DNA from: Octopus vulgaris | Lineage: Eukaryota | DNA: 64,000 nt | Assembly: GCA_951406725.2 (NCBI GenBank) | Contig: OX597817.1 | Location: 65,162,001 to 65,226,000, forward strand | Direction: 5' to 3' | Shown here: piece by piece, positions 40,520 through 55,960 of the stretch | Numbering within the stretch: the stretch's first letter is position 1 | Layout: every line of letters starts with the position of its first letter | Notes under the pieces: generated by a model | Databases searched by the model: none | What the model was told of the DNA's origin: nothing | Seen by the model: the letters and a program-made list of their open reading frames with translations, nothing else | Program-made: the position numbers and the translations under genes

Positions 40520-42476
40520 AAACAAAGTTATTTTATTCCACACGGTTAGAAATATTGGAAAAACAGCAGTTGAAAATAGTTAAAATACTTTTTATTAATA
40601 TATTTAAAGCTTCAACCGGTTTCACAGTTTACACCGATTTTCGAAAAGTTGATTTAGAAAGTATTTTCTGTGATTATCCGTGCTTCATCTGTGGTATTCG
40701 CTGAACATAGTTAAAGTGGGAAGACCTGAAATTTGGGGGACCTATCTTTTGCGCATATGTCTACGTGTCCACTCAGTGGAATCTGTTTAGTACTGGGGTC
40801 CCGAATTTGTTGTCGGTGAATAAGTCTATTTCTTAGCGTAAGCTTTGTTTGACCTGTATAACCTTCATTACATCCTTGAAATTAGATAGCGTATATTATA
40901 TTCTTTGAAGAACAATTGAAGTGATTTTCTACGGCAAAAATCTGTCCTGATTTGAATTTTTATGTTGTGTCTTCAATAAGGTTAAATGCAAGTCTCGCAA
41001 TTGGGGCGGCCCCACTTCTTGGCTGTTGGTGTAGGAATTGTAGAAGGACTTTGATTGTCTTATACTTTTGATTGTTTTGTGTATTTCGAATGCTTGTTTC
41101 ATTCTTGGGTCTTATTTTAGCAGTGGGATGCTCTAGTGCATAATATTGTAAGCCTTTGTGTTTCTTGGATTGGGTGTTGTAATAATGGGTAGGGTATTAG
41201 ATGTATCTAGGGTGTTTTTCGTTTTTCGTAGTTTTTCGATAGTTATTGCTTTGGCATGTTCTATTCCGTTGCATGTTAACGTTAATGGATATTGTCTTTT
41301 AAGTAGTACTTGTTTTTGTTCCTGGACTCTTTTATTGCGAATTTCAAGGTTTGAGACAATTGTGCAGATTCTTCTTGCTAGATTAAACGGGATATTATTC
41401 TTCGTGTGTTTGGGATGGCCTGAAAAGAGCAGTTAGTATTGTTTAGAATCTGTTTCTTTGTAATGAATATCTGTTTCAATGTTTTTATCTCATTTGATGA
41501 TTAGTATATCCAGGAATGGTAGATGAATTTTTCTGTATTCCATGGTAATGTTAATATCATTGTTTATGCTGATGATTAGATTTTTGATTACTATAGGTTG
41601 TTCAAATGTGTGCGTCCTTAGTATTAGTTAGTCATCTAAGTAACTTTTCCAATTTTTAGTAGATATTTGTGGAAGTTCAAGCTATATTTTAATTTAGATT
41701 GTTCATCGATTTAGACCTCCATGTATGCCATGACTATATTGGCGTTAGTCGGAGCAACTTTTGTCACCATCGCAGTCCCAGATATTTGTTTGTAAATATT
41801 GCTATCGAAATAAAATAAAATTGTTTTCGAGGATAAACTTTAATCCTTCAGTGATGAAATTCTTTTCAATTCTGTCTGGAATTTCATGACGGACTTGCAT
41901 TAACCTTACTGAAGACACAACATATAAATTCAAATCAGGACAGATTTTTACCACAACAAAATCAATTTACATGTTCTTCAAAGAATGTAATATGCGCTAT
42001 CAAATGTCAAGCATGCAATGAAGATTACATAAGTCAAACAAAGCTCACACTAAGAAATAGACTGACCATTCACCGACAACAAATACAGTAGTACTAGATA
42101 GATCCACTGAGTGGCTACGAAGACATATGTGTAAAAAATAAGTTCCCCAAATTGCAGGTCTTCCCACTCTAACTATGTTCAGCGAATACCACAGATGAAG
42201 CACGGATAATCACAGAAAAGACTTTCGTACAAAAGTTCAAACCAAGGCTTAACAAACTTTAACAGGGTACATACACAAATAATTATTCACATTCAAAACA
42301 CCGCCTGCCACTTATAAAAATAGGGCAAGCTTTAAACACTAGTCAGAAGCAAGACAGCTGCAATATAATGTCTTTCTAAATCAACTTTTCGAAAATCTGT
42401 GTAAACTGTGAAACCAGTTAAAGCTTTAAATATATTAAATATTTAAATATGTTAAATATGTCAGTGCATTTTCAAC
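40520..42476 (-). mobile_element. Degenerate Penelope-like retroelement (RT plus GIY-YIG) with inverted 5' copy
   Basis: Minus-strand remnants YKQISGTAMVTKVAP.NANIVM, WK.YLDD, LPFLDILI, HPKHTKNNIPFNLARRICTIV, and GIY-YIG-like IYAI...GCNEGYTGQT..TLRNRL. Diverged inverted arms 40569-40997 and 41892-42476. Confidence 0.9.
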
Positions 42477-42529
42477 TTCTATTTTCTGTCAGTCTCCTCC
42501 CTCCTTCTGTCTGTCTGTCTGTCTGTCTG

Positions 42530-42619
<90 letters not shown>

Positions 42620-43135
42620 CTTTGGTATTCGAGTACTATTCTTTCCACCTTGTTTTGCACTTATGTGCTCACCTCTGTGTATGTGTGTGTGTGTGTGTTC
42701 TTGTGTAAGTGAGTTTACGTTTAGAAAACAACTTTTCTTGTTTGATACAAGTATTGAAAATATAACGATCTGGCCAAGCTCTAGTTTAATCTTTTAGTTA
42801 TCTTTCGGTTTATATTTTCTTATAGGGCCTCTGCAGTTTTACTGGTATGACAAAGTTCCTAAATTCATTGTAATCTACATTTCCGGTCTGACCATCACGT
42901 TATAGTGTGCAGCTAGCTTCTGTTCTACCTGTTTTATTGTAGGCAACTGTCATTTATACTGATTTTACCGTCAGAATTTGACCGCTAGAGACAAAACTGA
43001 AACATGGTCGTGTTTTCAGTATAACTAGTCTAAATGAAAAGCTGCTCCCCATAAACACACACACATACACACGCACACACACACACGCACGCACGCACAC
43101 GCACACACAGACATACACGCAGTGTTTTATATATG

Positions 43136-43162
<27 letters not shown>

Positions 43163-43166
<4 letters not shown>

Positions 43167-43875
43167 TATATAGGGCATTATTACACATAAATGCCGCACG
43201 CTAGGAGGGACTCTTAAAGTCAAAACTACCAACATAAACATATCTTACCGAATGCAAGTCTCGAAGCAAGCCATGATATGCAGCTAAATAATGTTTTTAA
43301 ATGGCTTGCTTCGAGACTTGCTTTCGGTACGATATGTTTATTTTGGTAGTTTTGACTTTAAGAGTCCCTCCTAGCGTGCGGCATTTATGTGTAATCATGC
43401 CCTATATAATATAAATAAATATATTCAAGTGAAAAAATTTACAGATTTTTTCTCTTATGAGGTTTTTCACGCTAACTACTTGATAATTTCTTATGACGAT
43501 TTTATCCTATTTTTAAATTATAAATTTCACCGGAATAATTCAATACTGAATTTTTGTTCCGAATAAGCACGTTGTTACCGAAATGCAATTCGAAAAAGCC
43601 CGCCATTTACATAGATGGATAAGGGGTGAACAGTTCTATATGCTACGGTGGATGCGATGGTTGTTCGTCTGGTATGTTGATTTTGTTCATTCATTATATG
43701 TCTTTTTTGGTAGTTTTGACTTTAAGAGTCCCTCCTAACGTGCGGCATTTATGTGTAATAATTCCCTATATAATATAAATAAATATATTCAAGTGAAAAA
43801 GTTTACAGATTTTTTTCTCTTATGAGGTTTTTCACGCTAACTACTTGATAATTTCTTATGAAGATTTTATCCTAT

Positions 43876-43880
<5 letters not shown>
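43163..43880 (+). mobile_element. Penelope-like fragment with both inverted (43163-43274 / 43301-43412) and direct (43341-43514 / 43705-43880) terminal repeats, in (TA)n
   Basis: Repeats read directly. TA tracts on both flanks. No convincing hammerhead core seen. Confidence 0.7.
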
Positions 43881-43967
<87 letters not shown>

Positions 43968-43974
43968 TTAGATA

Positions 43975-45226
<1,252 letters not shown>

Positions 45227-46492
45227 CGTACATATATATACGTATATATATAAATATTCAAATATATACGCATATATAAATATATGTATTCACCCGCACA
45301 CAAATATATGTGTAAATTTTATGCATATATTTGTTTATGTGTACATCTCTAACCTCGCATTACTTCACATTGTTGCTTTTCTTTTTAGAAAAAATAAAAA
45401 TAAAAACTTAACATTTTAATTGCGCAAAGTAAATGCTAATCATTATAATGATTGCTTTAAAAATTTAATTACGACAATGCGTCTCGGTTATGGGTGCGCG
45501 AGTGTTTATTTATTCTTTCAGTCATTCCGTTCGTTTACATGTTGTTGTGCCCGCATGCTGTTTTCATATTCCCTCCGCTTCTATTTTCTTTTAAAACTTT
45601 TGAATTAATTCAAACTGTAAAAGAAAAGAAGAAAAAAAAAGCGGTCAAGACATAACAATGGAAACCCTCTCTTAATCCTTCACTCTCAAAGGAATCGAGA
45701 GCTTTTTGGAGTCTCAAGATTAAACTTTCGAACAAAATTAGATAAATCGCTGCAAATCAAAATAAATCACACATCTGTTATCGTGAAATTTATAAGGAAA
45801 AACATAGTCAAAAATATTGTAAAAAATACTAAAATACTATAAATATCTTCTACTATAAAAGAACCAAATACGAGCATTAAAGCCACGTTGAGTGATGAGC
45901 TCAAAATGAGCCGCAAAGAAATATCGAGAGATGTGTAAAAATGGATACATGTAATTGTTTATTATTTAATCAAATCATTCGTTATAGCTAAACTACTTAT
46001 TTCTCCGTTCGTATGTTAAATCTCATGTGAGAACGTCGCCATCGTTATTAACATTGCTATACAAAATTACCACTCTCTTTGCGATCTATCACTTGAATTA
46101 AATATTTATAATCAATTGAATCGTTTAGTCGAGGTAGCCAAGTTTATGTGTGCGTGTGTGTGATTGTGTGTGAGAGAGTGTGCATGTGTATATATATGTG
46201 TGTGTATATATATAGATGTGGTAAGTAGTTTATTTCCCAACCGCATGGTTCCGGGCTCAGTCCCACTGTGTGACACTGTGGGCAGGTGTCTTCTACTATA
46301 GGGCCGACCAAAGCCTTTTGAGTGGATTTGGTAGATGGAAACTGAAAGAAGCCCGTCGAATATATATACATATATGTCTGTGTCCGTGTTTGACCCCCAA
46401 CATCACTTGACAACCTATGCTGGTGAGTTTACGTCCACGTAACTTAGCGGTTCGGCAAAAGCGACCGATAGAATATATATATATATATATAC

Positions 46493-46890
46493 TTATAAAA
46501 ATTATACACGAAGGGAAAAACCATTAAAGAAGTAAACCCAATATGCAGTGTATCCTGTTTGGTGCAGTATGTATTGAGTTTTACAATTATATGTCCATAG
46601 CAATTCTCACTGATGAACCATAGCTGGTTTAATGCATTGATTGGTTGATTAATTAATTAATTAGTGTATTTAATCGTTAGGGGCGAAACTTCGAAGTACG
46701 GAAATGACTAATCATTTTTTAATTCTCTCAAATTGTCATTCCCGCCTACATTCAATGTGCTAAAATAAGAATTAGTTTTTTCGTGGTTTGGGATTTAACT
46801 CCCTTTTCTAGTGGCTTTTTCCCTCGTGTATAATTTTTATAAACACATATAATATAATATTTGCAGTCTATGGACATTTTTACTCACGCT
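46493..46890 (+). mobile_element. Old hammerhead-bearing fold-back element inserted at a TA tract, truncating the SINE at 46215-46472
   Basis: ~45-bp inverted ends ttataaaaattatacacgaaggg / ccctcgtgtataatttttataa. CTGATGA(46610)...GAAAC ttcgaa GTA(46698) with palindromic stem III; stem I is degenerate. Confidence 0.55.
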
Positions 46891-47089
46891 GGCAGAAATT
46901 AGAAAAGGAAACAGTCAGAAAGTGCAGTACATATGGGGAGAGGGGAAAAAAATAACACTTAGGTTGGAACAGGAGAAATATGAAAAACTATAAATTATAA
47001 AAACAACTTATAAAAATATATAATATTTCGGGAGGTTGAACTCTGGAAAAGAATAGTAGGAAGCAGACACTAATAATCTTCACAAATCT

Positions 47090-48700
47090 TTCTGCTTGCC
47101 CACTTGACATCAGGTAGTAGGAGTGAAAATATGCTTTATCGCATGCATTTTGCTGAAGTTCTTGAATTCATACCCCGAGAATTGCGCTCCATTGTCAGAA
47201 ACTAACCTGGTTTGGAACACCGTATCGCGCAAACAATTCATATAAGAACTTCATAGTTGTCTTAGCGGTTGGCTTATTGCACCTGCATACCTCTGGCCAC
47301 TTTGTACAGCTGTCTACCACAATTAGGTATTAAGCATCATTCACCAGTCCGGCTTAGTCGATATGTAACCTAGACCATGGGTTCTCGGTCTCTGGCCACG
47401 ACTGATATTTTACCGGCGAGGCTTTGGCCACTAGCGCGTAACCTCGACAAGTTCACACCAAATTTTCGATATCCGGTCCATAGTCGGCCAATAGACATAG
47501 CTCCTCATCAGAGCTTTCATCGTCGACATTTCCGGGTGTTCGCTGTGAAATTGCTGCAATACACGTTTTTGTAATGTACTACAACCTTTTGCGCAAACAT
47601 CAGAATATCGTCGCATATTGAGAAACTACTCGAATTTGTTTTCTTTATTCTGCTTATTTTTTAAAGCTTCTTTCATTTTTGTAATATACTCATCACCTAT
47701 AGATTTCATACTTATATCCTGTGGAATATACTCGCAGTTCTTGGATAACAATAGTCATAATACTTTTAATTTAATTTTCTGCCTGTAGTGCGGCTATCAC
47801 GGTATCTTCTAATGGCTCCGTATTGTTGGGAATTAGTCTCGATAGACCAATTTTTTTCGATGGAATATGCTGCATTTTGAAATTGTAATTTAGTAGTATT
47901 ATACCCCAACGTTGTAGTCGGTTCGCTGTATTGGTAGGTAACCCTTTCTCTGACCCATAAATTGATAGCAATTGTCGATAATCTGTTTGTAACAGAAAAC
48001 GTCTACCATGTAGAAACCTGTGAAAGTTTTTCACCGCAAAGATAATCAATAGGGCTTCTTTTTCTATCTGACTGTACTTTTTCTCTGCCGCTATCAGTGA
48101 GCGCGAAACATGAATCACTGGTTTCGTACTTCAATCTTTATTCTTGTGTAGCAAAACTGCTCCTATTTTGTACTCCGAAGCATCAGACGTTACAACATTG
48201 TCCCTTTCAGGATCAAAAGCGCTAGAGACAAATTGTTTCGTTTCTTCAAACGCGTTTTGGCATTTAACTGACCAATTCCACTTTACTTCCTTTTTCAATA
48301 AACCATTCAATGAAGCTCTTAATTTGTGCATGTTAGAAATATAGTTTTGGTAGTAGTTTGCCAGCCCAAGAAACGCTTGTAATGTTGGTATATTTGTCGG
48401 AACAGGCATATTCTTTATTGTGTCGGCCCTCGACGGGTCAGATCGTCTACCATTTTTATCAATTATTTGCTCTAAGTATTTAATTTGAGGCAAAAGAATT
48501 CGCATTTTTCTTCGCTCAAAGTGAACCTGTACTCTTTAATTTTCGTAAACACAGCTTTTATATGCTCTACATGCTGTTCACACGAATTACTCTTAATCAA
48601 TATATAGTCCAAATAAGGGATTGCAAATTCACAATCAGATAACATAGTGTCCATGATTTGTGGAAATATTTCTGGCGCAACCTTTAATCCACATATCATC
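47090..48700 (-). mobile_element. Ty3/gypsy pol remnant (RT, RNase H, integrase)
   Basis: GLKVAPEIF..IMD...YLDYIL, LQAFLGLANYY, TSDASEY, YSQIEKEAL, RLQRWGIILLNY, HSEHPEMSTMKALMRSYVYWP, in gypsy domain order. Confidence 0.93.
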
Positions 48701-48881
48701 AGACACTAAGGGACATGTTCAGTTGGTTATGGTCAAACAACTGACAAGCAAATCTGTTTAATGACCAGATTATTTGCTGTAGCCTCTTTTATACCAAGAC
48801 AAGATACTGTACATGATAACATTTCCAATCAGTTAAGATGAGAAGTCATGAAAGCCACTACCTGGTGCTTCCCCAGGGCAT

Positions 48882-48973
<92 letters not shown>

Positions 48974-49294
48974 GCACTGGTACTAAATTTATCAACCCCG
49001 AAAGGAAGAAAAGCAAAGTCGACTTAGGCGGAATTTGAACTCAGAACGTAAAGACGGACGAAATACCTATTTCTTTACTACCCACAAGGAGCTAAACACA
49101 GAGGGGACAAACAAGGACAGACAAAGGGATTAAGTCGATTACATCGACCCCAGTAACTGGTACTTAATTTATCAACCCCGAAAGGATGAAAGGCAAAGTC
49201 GACCTCAGCGGAATTTGAACTCAGAACGTAACGGCAGACGAAATACGGATACGCATTTCGCCCGGCGTGCTAACGTTTCTGTCAGCTCGCCACT

Positions 49295-49365
<71 letters not shown>

Positions 49366-49692
49366 TAGTTGGACCCGTGAAAAGTTCACGGTAAACAAAC
49401 TGGTGTATATGCCGTGAGAAACGTTTGCAGGTTATGACCGTCTGTCTTTAACGTTCTGAGGTCAAATTCTTCCGAGATCGACTTTACCTATCGTCCTTTC
49501 GAGAGTCGATAAATTAAGTACCAGTTGTGTACTGGAGTTGATCTAATCAACTGGCTCCCTCCCCACAAAAATTTCTGGCTTAGAAAAGTATATGGTGACA
49601 TATACAGAATATAGAAAGTAACGTAACACCAATGACTAAATAATTACGTATACTAGATTGTATATACACCAATACACTTATACTTATGTGTG

Positions 49693-49734
<42 letters not shown>

Positions 49735-50392
49735 TATAGGTGAGGAAGAACTTTCTGGAAAAGTCCGAGGATAGGGAGGAAGGAAATAAAAGACTTCCTG
49801 GTAAAGTCAGAGGAAGGCAGGAAGGATGGAAGGACTTCCTAGAAAAGTCCAAGGAGGGTGGGTACTTCCTGGAAAATTGCAAGGAGGGGATAAAGGGGAG
49901 GAAGCGTTTTTCTGGTATTCTTTTATTCATTTACTTGTTTCAGTTATTTCACGGTGGGCATGCCGGAGCACCACCCTTTAGTCAAAGAAATTAACCCCTG
50001 GACTTATTCCCTGTAAGCCTGGTGCTTATTCTATCAGTGTCTTCTGCTGAACAGCTAAATTACAGGGACGCAATTGCATCAACATCGGTTGTCAAGCAAT
50101 GTTGGTGGTGTGACAAACACACACACATACATACATACATACATGCATATAACATACATACATACATACATACATACATACATACATACATACATACATA
50201 CATACATACATGCATGCATACATACATACATACATACATACATACATACATACATGCATATAACATGCATATAACATACATACATACATACATACATACA
50301 TACATGCATGCATACATACATACATACATACATACATACATACATACATACATACATTCATACATACATACATACATACATACATACATACA

Positions 50393-50427
<35 letters not shown>

Positions 50428-50602
50428 GATGGGCTTGGAGGTAGTGGTGATGCTGGCTGGTGCGATTTTGTGGTTTGCTGGTATGCCGAGAGAGATCCAG
50501 CGGGCCCCTAACTGGTCCCCCGATTTTAAAGGTGTAATGTGGTTGTGTAATGATGGAGCGGCTGGTGTGCTGGTTGTTTCTAGCTGGTGCGGTGGTCTTC
50601 CT

Positions 50603-50830
50603 CACAGTACTTCATCGTAGACCATATTTTGTGTGTATGTCACACCACGTTTTTGGCTTTGTCTGTTATCCCAATTGAGTGTCATAACTCTTACTTTGAT
50701 ATTGTTCATAGCTCGTGCTCTTGAGAAAATACTGGTTGAGGCAAATGTATTCCAACTTTTTCAAATGTTTGCCCTTGAGCCTTATTGATTGTCATTGAAT
50801 ATGCAAGTCAACGTGGAAACTGAAGTCTGC
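50603..50830 (-). mobile_element. Helitron PIF1-like helicase C-terminal remnant
   Basis: Minus strand, with frameshifts: RLQFP..LAYSMTINKAQGQTFEKVGIHLPQPVF...SRAR...TQNMVYDEVL*. Confidence 0.8.
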
Positions 50831-51099
50831 TTAGTGTGAATGGAATATTTGCATCACTTGGGCCAAGTTTAATTCTGTTTTTTTTTTTCTATTTCTTCTG
50901 GTGTGCAGTTGTTGAAAATTTCTGGGTACAAATGTACAAATTGCAATGCAAAAGAACGAAATAATAAATGGATTTATGAATGAAAGTTTGGTAATTGCGT
51001 TTATTTTCATCATGCGACACTTATTATTGCAAGCATGCTTTAACTAACCCATACTATACACACACGCAAAATACATTAATATATATATATGAATGTATT

Positions 51100-51570
51100 A
51101 GTGTTCATTTCATCAGCCAATCCCACCTATTTCTTCCAGCAACTTCTGTTGTGGCTATATGGAATTGATTGTGTAGTCTCTTCTTGCGTAATTCTTCATG
51201 ACCTTTTGTACTTCTTCCTTTGTTTTTCCTTTTTTCTCTGCTTTCAATACCCTCTTGTTCCTAAATGTCACTAGCAAGGTTTCCTTACTTTGGGCTAGGT
51301 ACCTTATTAAGCTCTCGAGTTCGTTACGCACGCGGTCTTCCACACTTATCAGTCCTCTTCCTCCATTTGCTCTCTTCATGTAAAGGCGATCAGTGTCTGC
51401 GCGTGGATGATGCACTCCATCGTTAGGAATTTTTTGACTTCTTGTAGCGGACTCTTTTAGCTCCTTCTCTGTCCACTTCAGGATTCCAGCCTCGTACCGA
51501 ACTACTGCGACAGCGCGTGGGTTTATTGCCGAAATGATCTCTCTGGCATTCAGCTTTGAAGCCAAATTAT
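51100..51570 (-). mobile_element. R4/Dong-like non-LTR RT thumb remnant
   Basis: SKLNAREIISAIN..AVAVVRY.AGILKW...EL, HHPRADTDRLYMKRANGGRGL. Confidence 0.8.
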
Positions 51571-52899
51571 TATTATTGTGTCTGTGCTGCTCAAATGTTG
51601 CCCATCGACATTCTCTAAGTGTAAACATATCTCTCTTCGTAACATACTCAGGAAAGAGAGGGTTTAAAAGCACTGAGTGTCTTCACTAATTAGGAAATAA
51701 CTGCTATTTACAACATCGTCTGCAATCTAGCATTTATATTATACAAAAATGTCAACAACGTTGACTTATGAGAAAAGAGGAGAAATGAGTGGTGGTAATT
51801 ATGGATGTGGTAGCAATTCGGTAGAGTTCGTCGCTTGCTGCGAAGAAAGTTTTTTAACAGAAATTTTGCGGCAGTACCATCGCAACTAACTATAATACAT
51901 GCATGAACTGCTAGTAGCCACAACAAACCAAGAAATATCCTCAGTAATTTCATAATCTCCATCACCACCAACAAAGATAATAATGGACGCATCCATTGTA
52001 ATAGCTCTCATTTCGTTATTTTTAAGAAATAGGTTTTTATGGCTCTGCGAAACTTTTGGTACAAGGCCACTAGTTTTTGAGGAGATTACATCGACCCAGC
52101 AAGGATGAAAGGCAAAGTCAACCTCGCAGGAATTTGAACTAAGCATTTCATCCGGCGTGCTAACGATTCTCCTTGCTCGCTACCATGTCAGACTTTATAA
52201 TAGTAGTGATAATAGCATCAATAACAAACACAACAGAAACAGCATTGACGTGACAATGAAAAAAAAACAACGAAAGTGAGGCGAAGGAGAATAATAGCAC
52301 CGAGAATGAGGGAAGTACTATTATCACTAATATAAGTGTTCCCACCACTGTAGTGATGGCCAGAAAACTAATTCTGCCACAAATCTGCCGACCAACAACA
52401 CAAGCCCTATCCATCATCATAACTAGCACTTCTCCACAAAAACAAAAAGAAGAAAAATTTTCACTTCCTCCACGTCATTTCCACATTCATTGAAACCGCC
52501 TGAAAAACAAGAAACAGCGACAGCAACGATAACGTAACGCATAAACAACATATAGCAAGATCAGCGTAAAGGGCTGCAGGAGCTGCAAAATAATTGAACA
52601 AGTTTCTCTGGATAGAAACAAACAAACAAGCGGTTAGCGCAAAAACTCGCCAGGAAAAGGTGAGAGGAAAGCCACATTAGCAATACCCTCAGAGTTTCTG
52701 AAAAGAATGCAGCACCGCAAAAACAAACAATAATGACATACGGTGTGTGTCCGTTAAGAAAAGACCACTCGCGCCTATATGGAAGAGAGCTTTTAAAAAT
52801 ACTGAACGATATCGACTTTGTTACTCGGGCCAGATAATATGGATGTAAGATTTTTCTCCGAAGCTCATGCATAGGAGCATGCTATGTCATTGCGTGCAG

Positions 52900-55560
52900 G
52901 AGTAAGCGCTTTGTTCTCACTCTCACGTACATGAGACGTTTGGTGGGTGATTGCATGATTCATTCTAGAGAGAGGATCTCATTACTGGACGAAAAACATT
53001 GCCTTGAAAATTGGTCAAGAATTGGAGAGGAATTCCTAATTGAGAAATAACTTGAAAAACTTGGAAAAAAAATCTAGATCTAATAGCCTTCTGAAACAGA
53101 ACCCAACTACATGATATAGTGGGTAGCAGAAGGCCTAGTTCCCACACACGCAGACGCATCTAAGAACCTACAGAACAAAAGAGAAAACATCAGAACAAAA
53201 CACCGCATTGGTTTCACCACCACCACCACCACCACCACCACCATCATCACCACCACAGGATTTCGAACTGATGTTAACCAAAACAAGTCGGATGTTTTGG
53301 ACAAGAACAGCAGCGAAAGCCGCGCCTTGAAACTAGCAGATGTTTATACCTTGATGGTAGAAGGGTGTCCAGATTTCTTCAGGCGTCTAAAAGCTTTCTT
53401 AGAAACGTCTTGTTCTTCAGCGTTAGTGGGTGACTTGCAAAACCGCTCTAACAGATTCATGTTGCTGACTTGATTTCCCGAATGCGCCACTATGAGCAAA
53501 GAGCAATTGCATCGAACTATTCAGATCATATTTAAAATTGAGTATTTGTTAGGCCAGGGGACAAACATAGTGTAGAATTCCTATAATTGAAAACTGTTGG
53601 TTGTACAGATTACAGATTTGTGAGCTGCACAGTTGATTTTATGGAACGCATAGATTATGACCCGGCTATTGGAAACTGAATGCGTCGTTCCCAGAGCACA
53701 AAGCCTTACACTGATCGAAGTAACGAACTAGTTATGTTGACTGGAGCATTTGTCAGTAACTGGCGTTTGGGCTGCCTGAAGAGAGTGATTTGTGTACCAA
53801 AAAAATAGCGATAAGACAAAAATAGATTGTGCAAGGAAGAAATCGCTTGGTTTGGAGGGTACAGCTTTACGTATATATGTTGACATCTTGGCAGACATCT
53901 ACTACAACTACCAGAAGAACAGGAGAATTTCCAGTTCTGTAAGCCGAGAAACGGTAGCACAGACAAGGAAATACGCGAGCGAGGGGAGCATAATTGATAT
54001 TCAAGACAACACTTTCCTCAGGCGATTCGTTGAAAGTACGGGTTACAAACCTAGCGTCAGTAAGGTTCTGATTAATTTCGATCAATCGAAAGCTATCAAG
54101 CGCTGAACATCGCTACTTGGCGGCTGTTCTCAGTGTAACCTGTCTTAGTCCTGTTATAGAAGTTGAATCATTTCAATGCAATGCAACATTTGCTCGGTTT
54201 AAATGGACACTTAACGAAACTATTTCGAATCATGTGTTCCTGCCATCATGATTTGATGTTGTACTGAAACTCAAACCAAACTGAGAGACGAGAGAAACGT
54301 GTCGGCATATGCAAATGACGAGACTATATTGGTGTTGAGCACGACAGAATCTTAGGTGGTCGGCATCGTTCCAAACATACGAGGTGGTGATAGGAGCAAA
54401 GATTGACCTGGACAATTCGGTGGGTTTGCTTTTCGGCGCTTGGTAAGGTAGGTACACGTCGTCGGGTAAAGTCACGGGATACTGAACAATTGGATCCGTT
54501 TGTTGCCTAGGATTTAGCTCATTTCGAACTTGTAGCTAGGTAGGAATAGGATGGGCTTACGAGCATCATATAGAAATAAACTGCAAGGACACTATCCTTG
54601 AAAAGTTGTGGAAAGGTGGCGAATATGCGCTTTGCACCAGTTATATATTATCCTCAGATCATTGTGCCTTACACTAATTTTCGTCCGACCAGATTGCAGC
54701 GGATGCCCTTTCGCTCCTTGAGTAGGGAACACATTCCACTGCTTAGGGCGCCATCTGCTACCGATACCCTATGTGCTGATGGCTCGGCATTTTGTGATTG
54801 ATGATATACAGACATGCGCTGAGGTTACGACACATACAAAAATTCTTGGATTGTGAATATGTGTGGTTGCCGTTTGTCATGCACTTTTCTCCTGCATTTC
54901 GTCTCTTTGACAGAACTGCAGTTCTAGGTCAGGCAGAGACTTAAACTAGGTACCTGGAATATGGAATGTTGCCAGGTGCTCACAAGTCGGCATTACGCCT
55001 ATTATTTCTATGTTAGGATCAGTTAAGAACTAGTGGTGAGGGAAGGCGACGACGTTCTTAAGGAACACTGGTCGTCGACGAGAAGTAATCGGATGGTCTG
55101 TTCCGGGAACAATGGATAATTTCCAGAAATTCTTGGATGGTGGTCCAAGCGGGAGACATTGCTGGTTCGAAACGATCTCTGGGGGCACAGTAGCTGGGCT
55201 TATTCAATATGCTTGCTGAATGACGAAACTTGTACATACTAACTGCTGAAGTTTTTGTCGAAAAGCTGTGATCATGTGTAGGATGGATCCGGCTGTCAGC
55301 TGAGTCTATTGTAAAAAAAGCACCTCATTGTCTTCTCTTGGCCTGGAAAGGCAGATATTGTTTTCTTTATTTGTGGCCATGATGAAAGAGGTTTTGTAAT
55401 GAGTGTGACTGAAGTGAGTGAAAGTAGGCATATTCCTCTTCGGCCAAGCTCTCATCAACTTTTTCAAGTTTCTCTTGAAGAGGACGGTGAAGATAAGCGG
55501 TAGGTGCTGGCCCCTACGTAGCTTTTGTAAAAGGTGGATGAAAATTGGAAACATAAATCG
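52900..55560 (-). mobile_element. Highly degenerate apurinic-endonuclease-type LINE remnant
   Basis: VLFLQ(E)T-like motif near 55310 and faint RT-like remnants; higher GC than the flanks. Clade not resolved. Confidence 0.35.
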
Positions 55561-55662
55561 CTAGATATCCAACTACACTCTGCAGTACTTTTTTTTATTG
55601 TTCTTGGGTTAAACAAACAAGCTTTTAGTAGAGTCAGGATATTTATTTTGATATACAATAAC

Positions 55663-55960
55663 TCAATCTCTGTAAATTCCTTTTATAATTGGGATAATAG
55701 TAATTTTCCTGCAATTCCAAGTGTTCTGAATTTCGCACTTAAAACCAAGATATTTTTCTATCTTCTCGTGTTCTTTGTTTAGCAAGCAAGTATCAAAGGG
55801 ACAAGCAGCATTGATTAAACAATACGCTCGCTCCTCTTTATTGACTATAACAATATCTGAGTATGGATGTTCTATTTGCCTATCCATTTCAATTTTCATA
55901 TCCCAAAGTACCTTTACATAGTCGTTTTTAGGGATATGTTCTGGTTTATGGCTATACAAG
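55663..55960 (-). mobile_element. R4/Dong-like RLE endonuclease remnant
   Basis: HKPE...VKVLWDMKIEMDRQIEH..SDIVIV...YLINAACPFD...KEHEKIEKY..KCEI...W. Confidence 0.8.
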
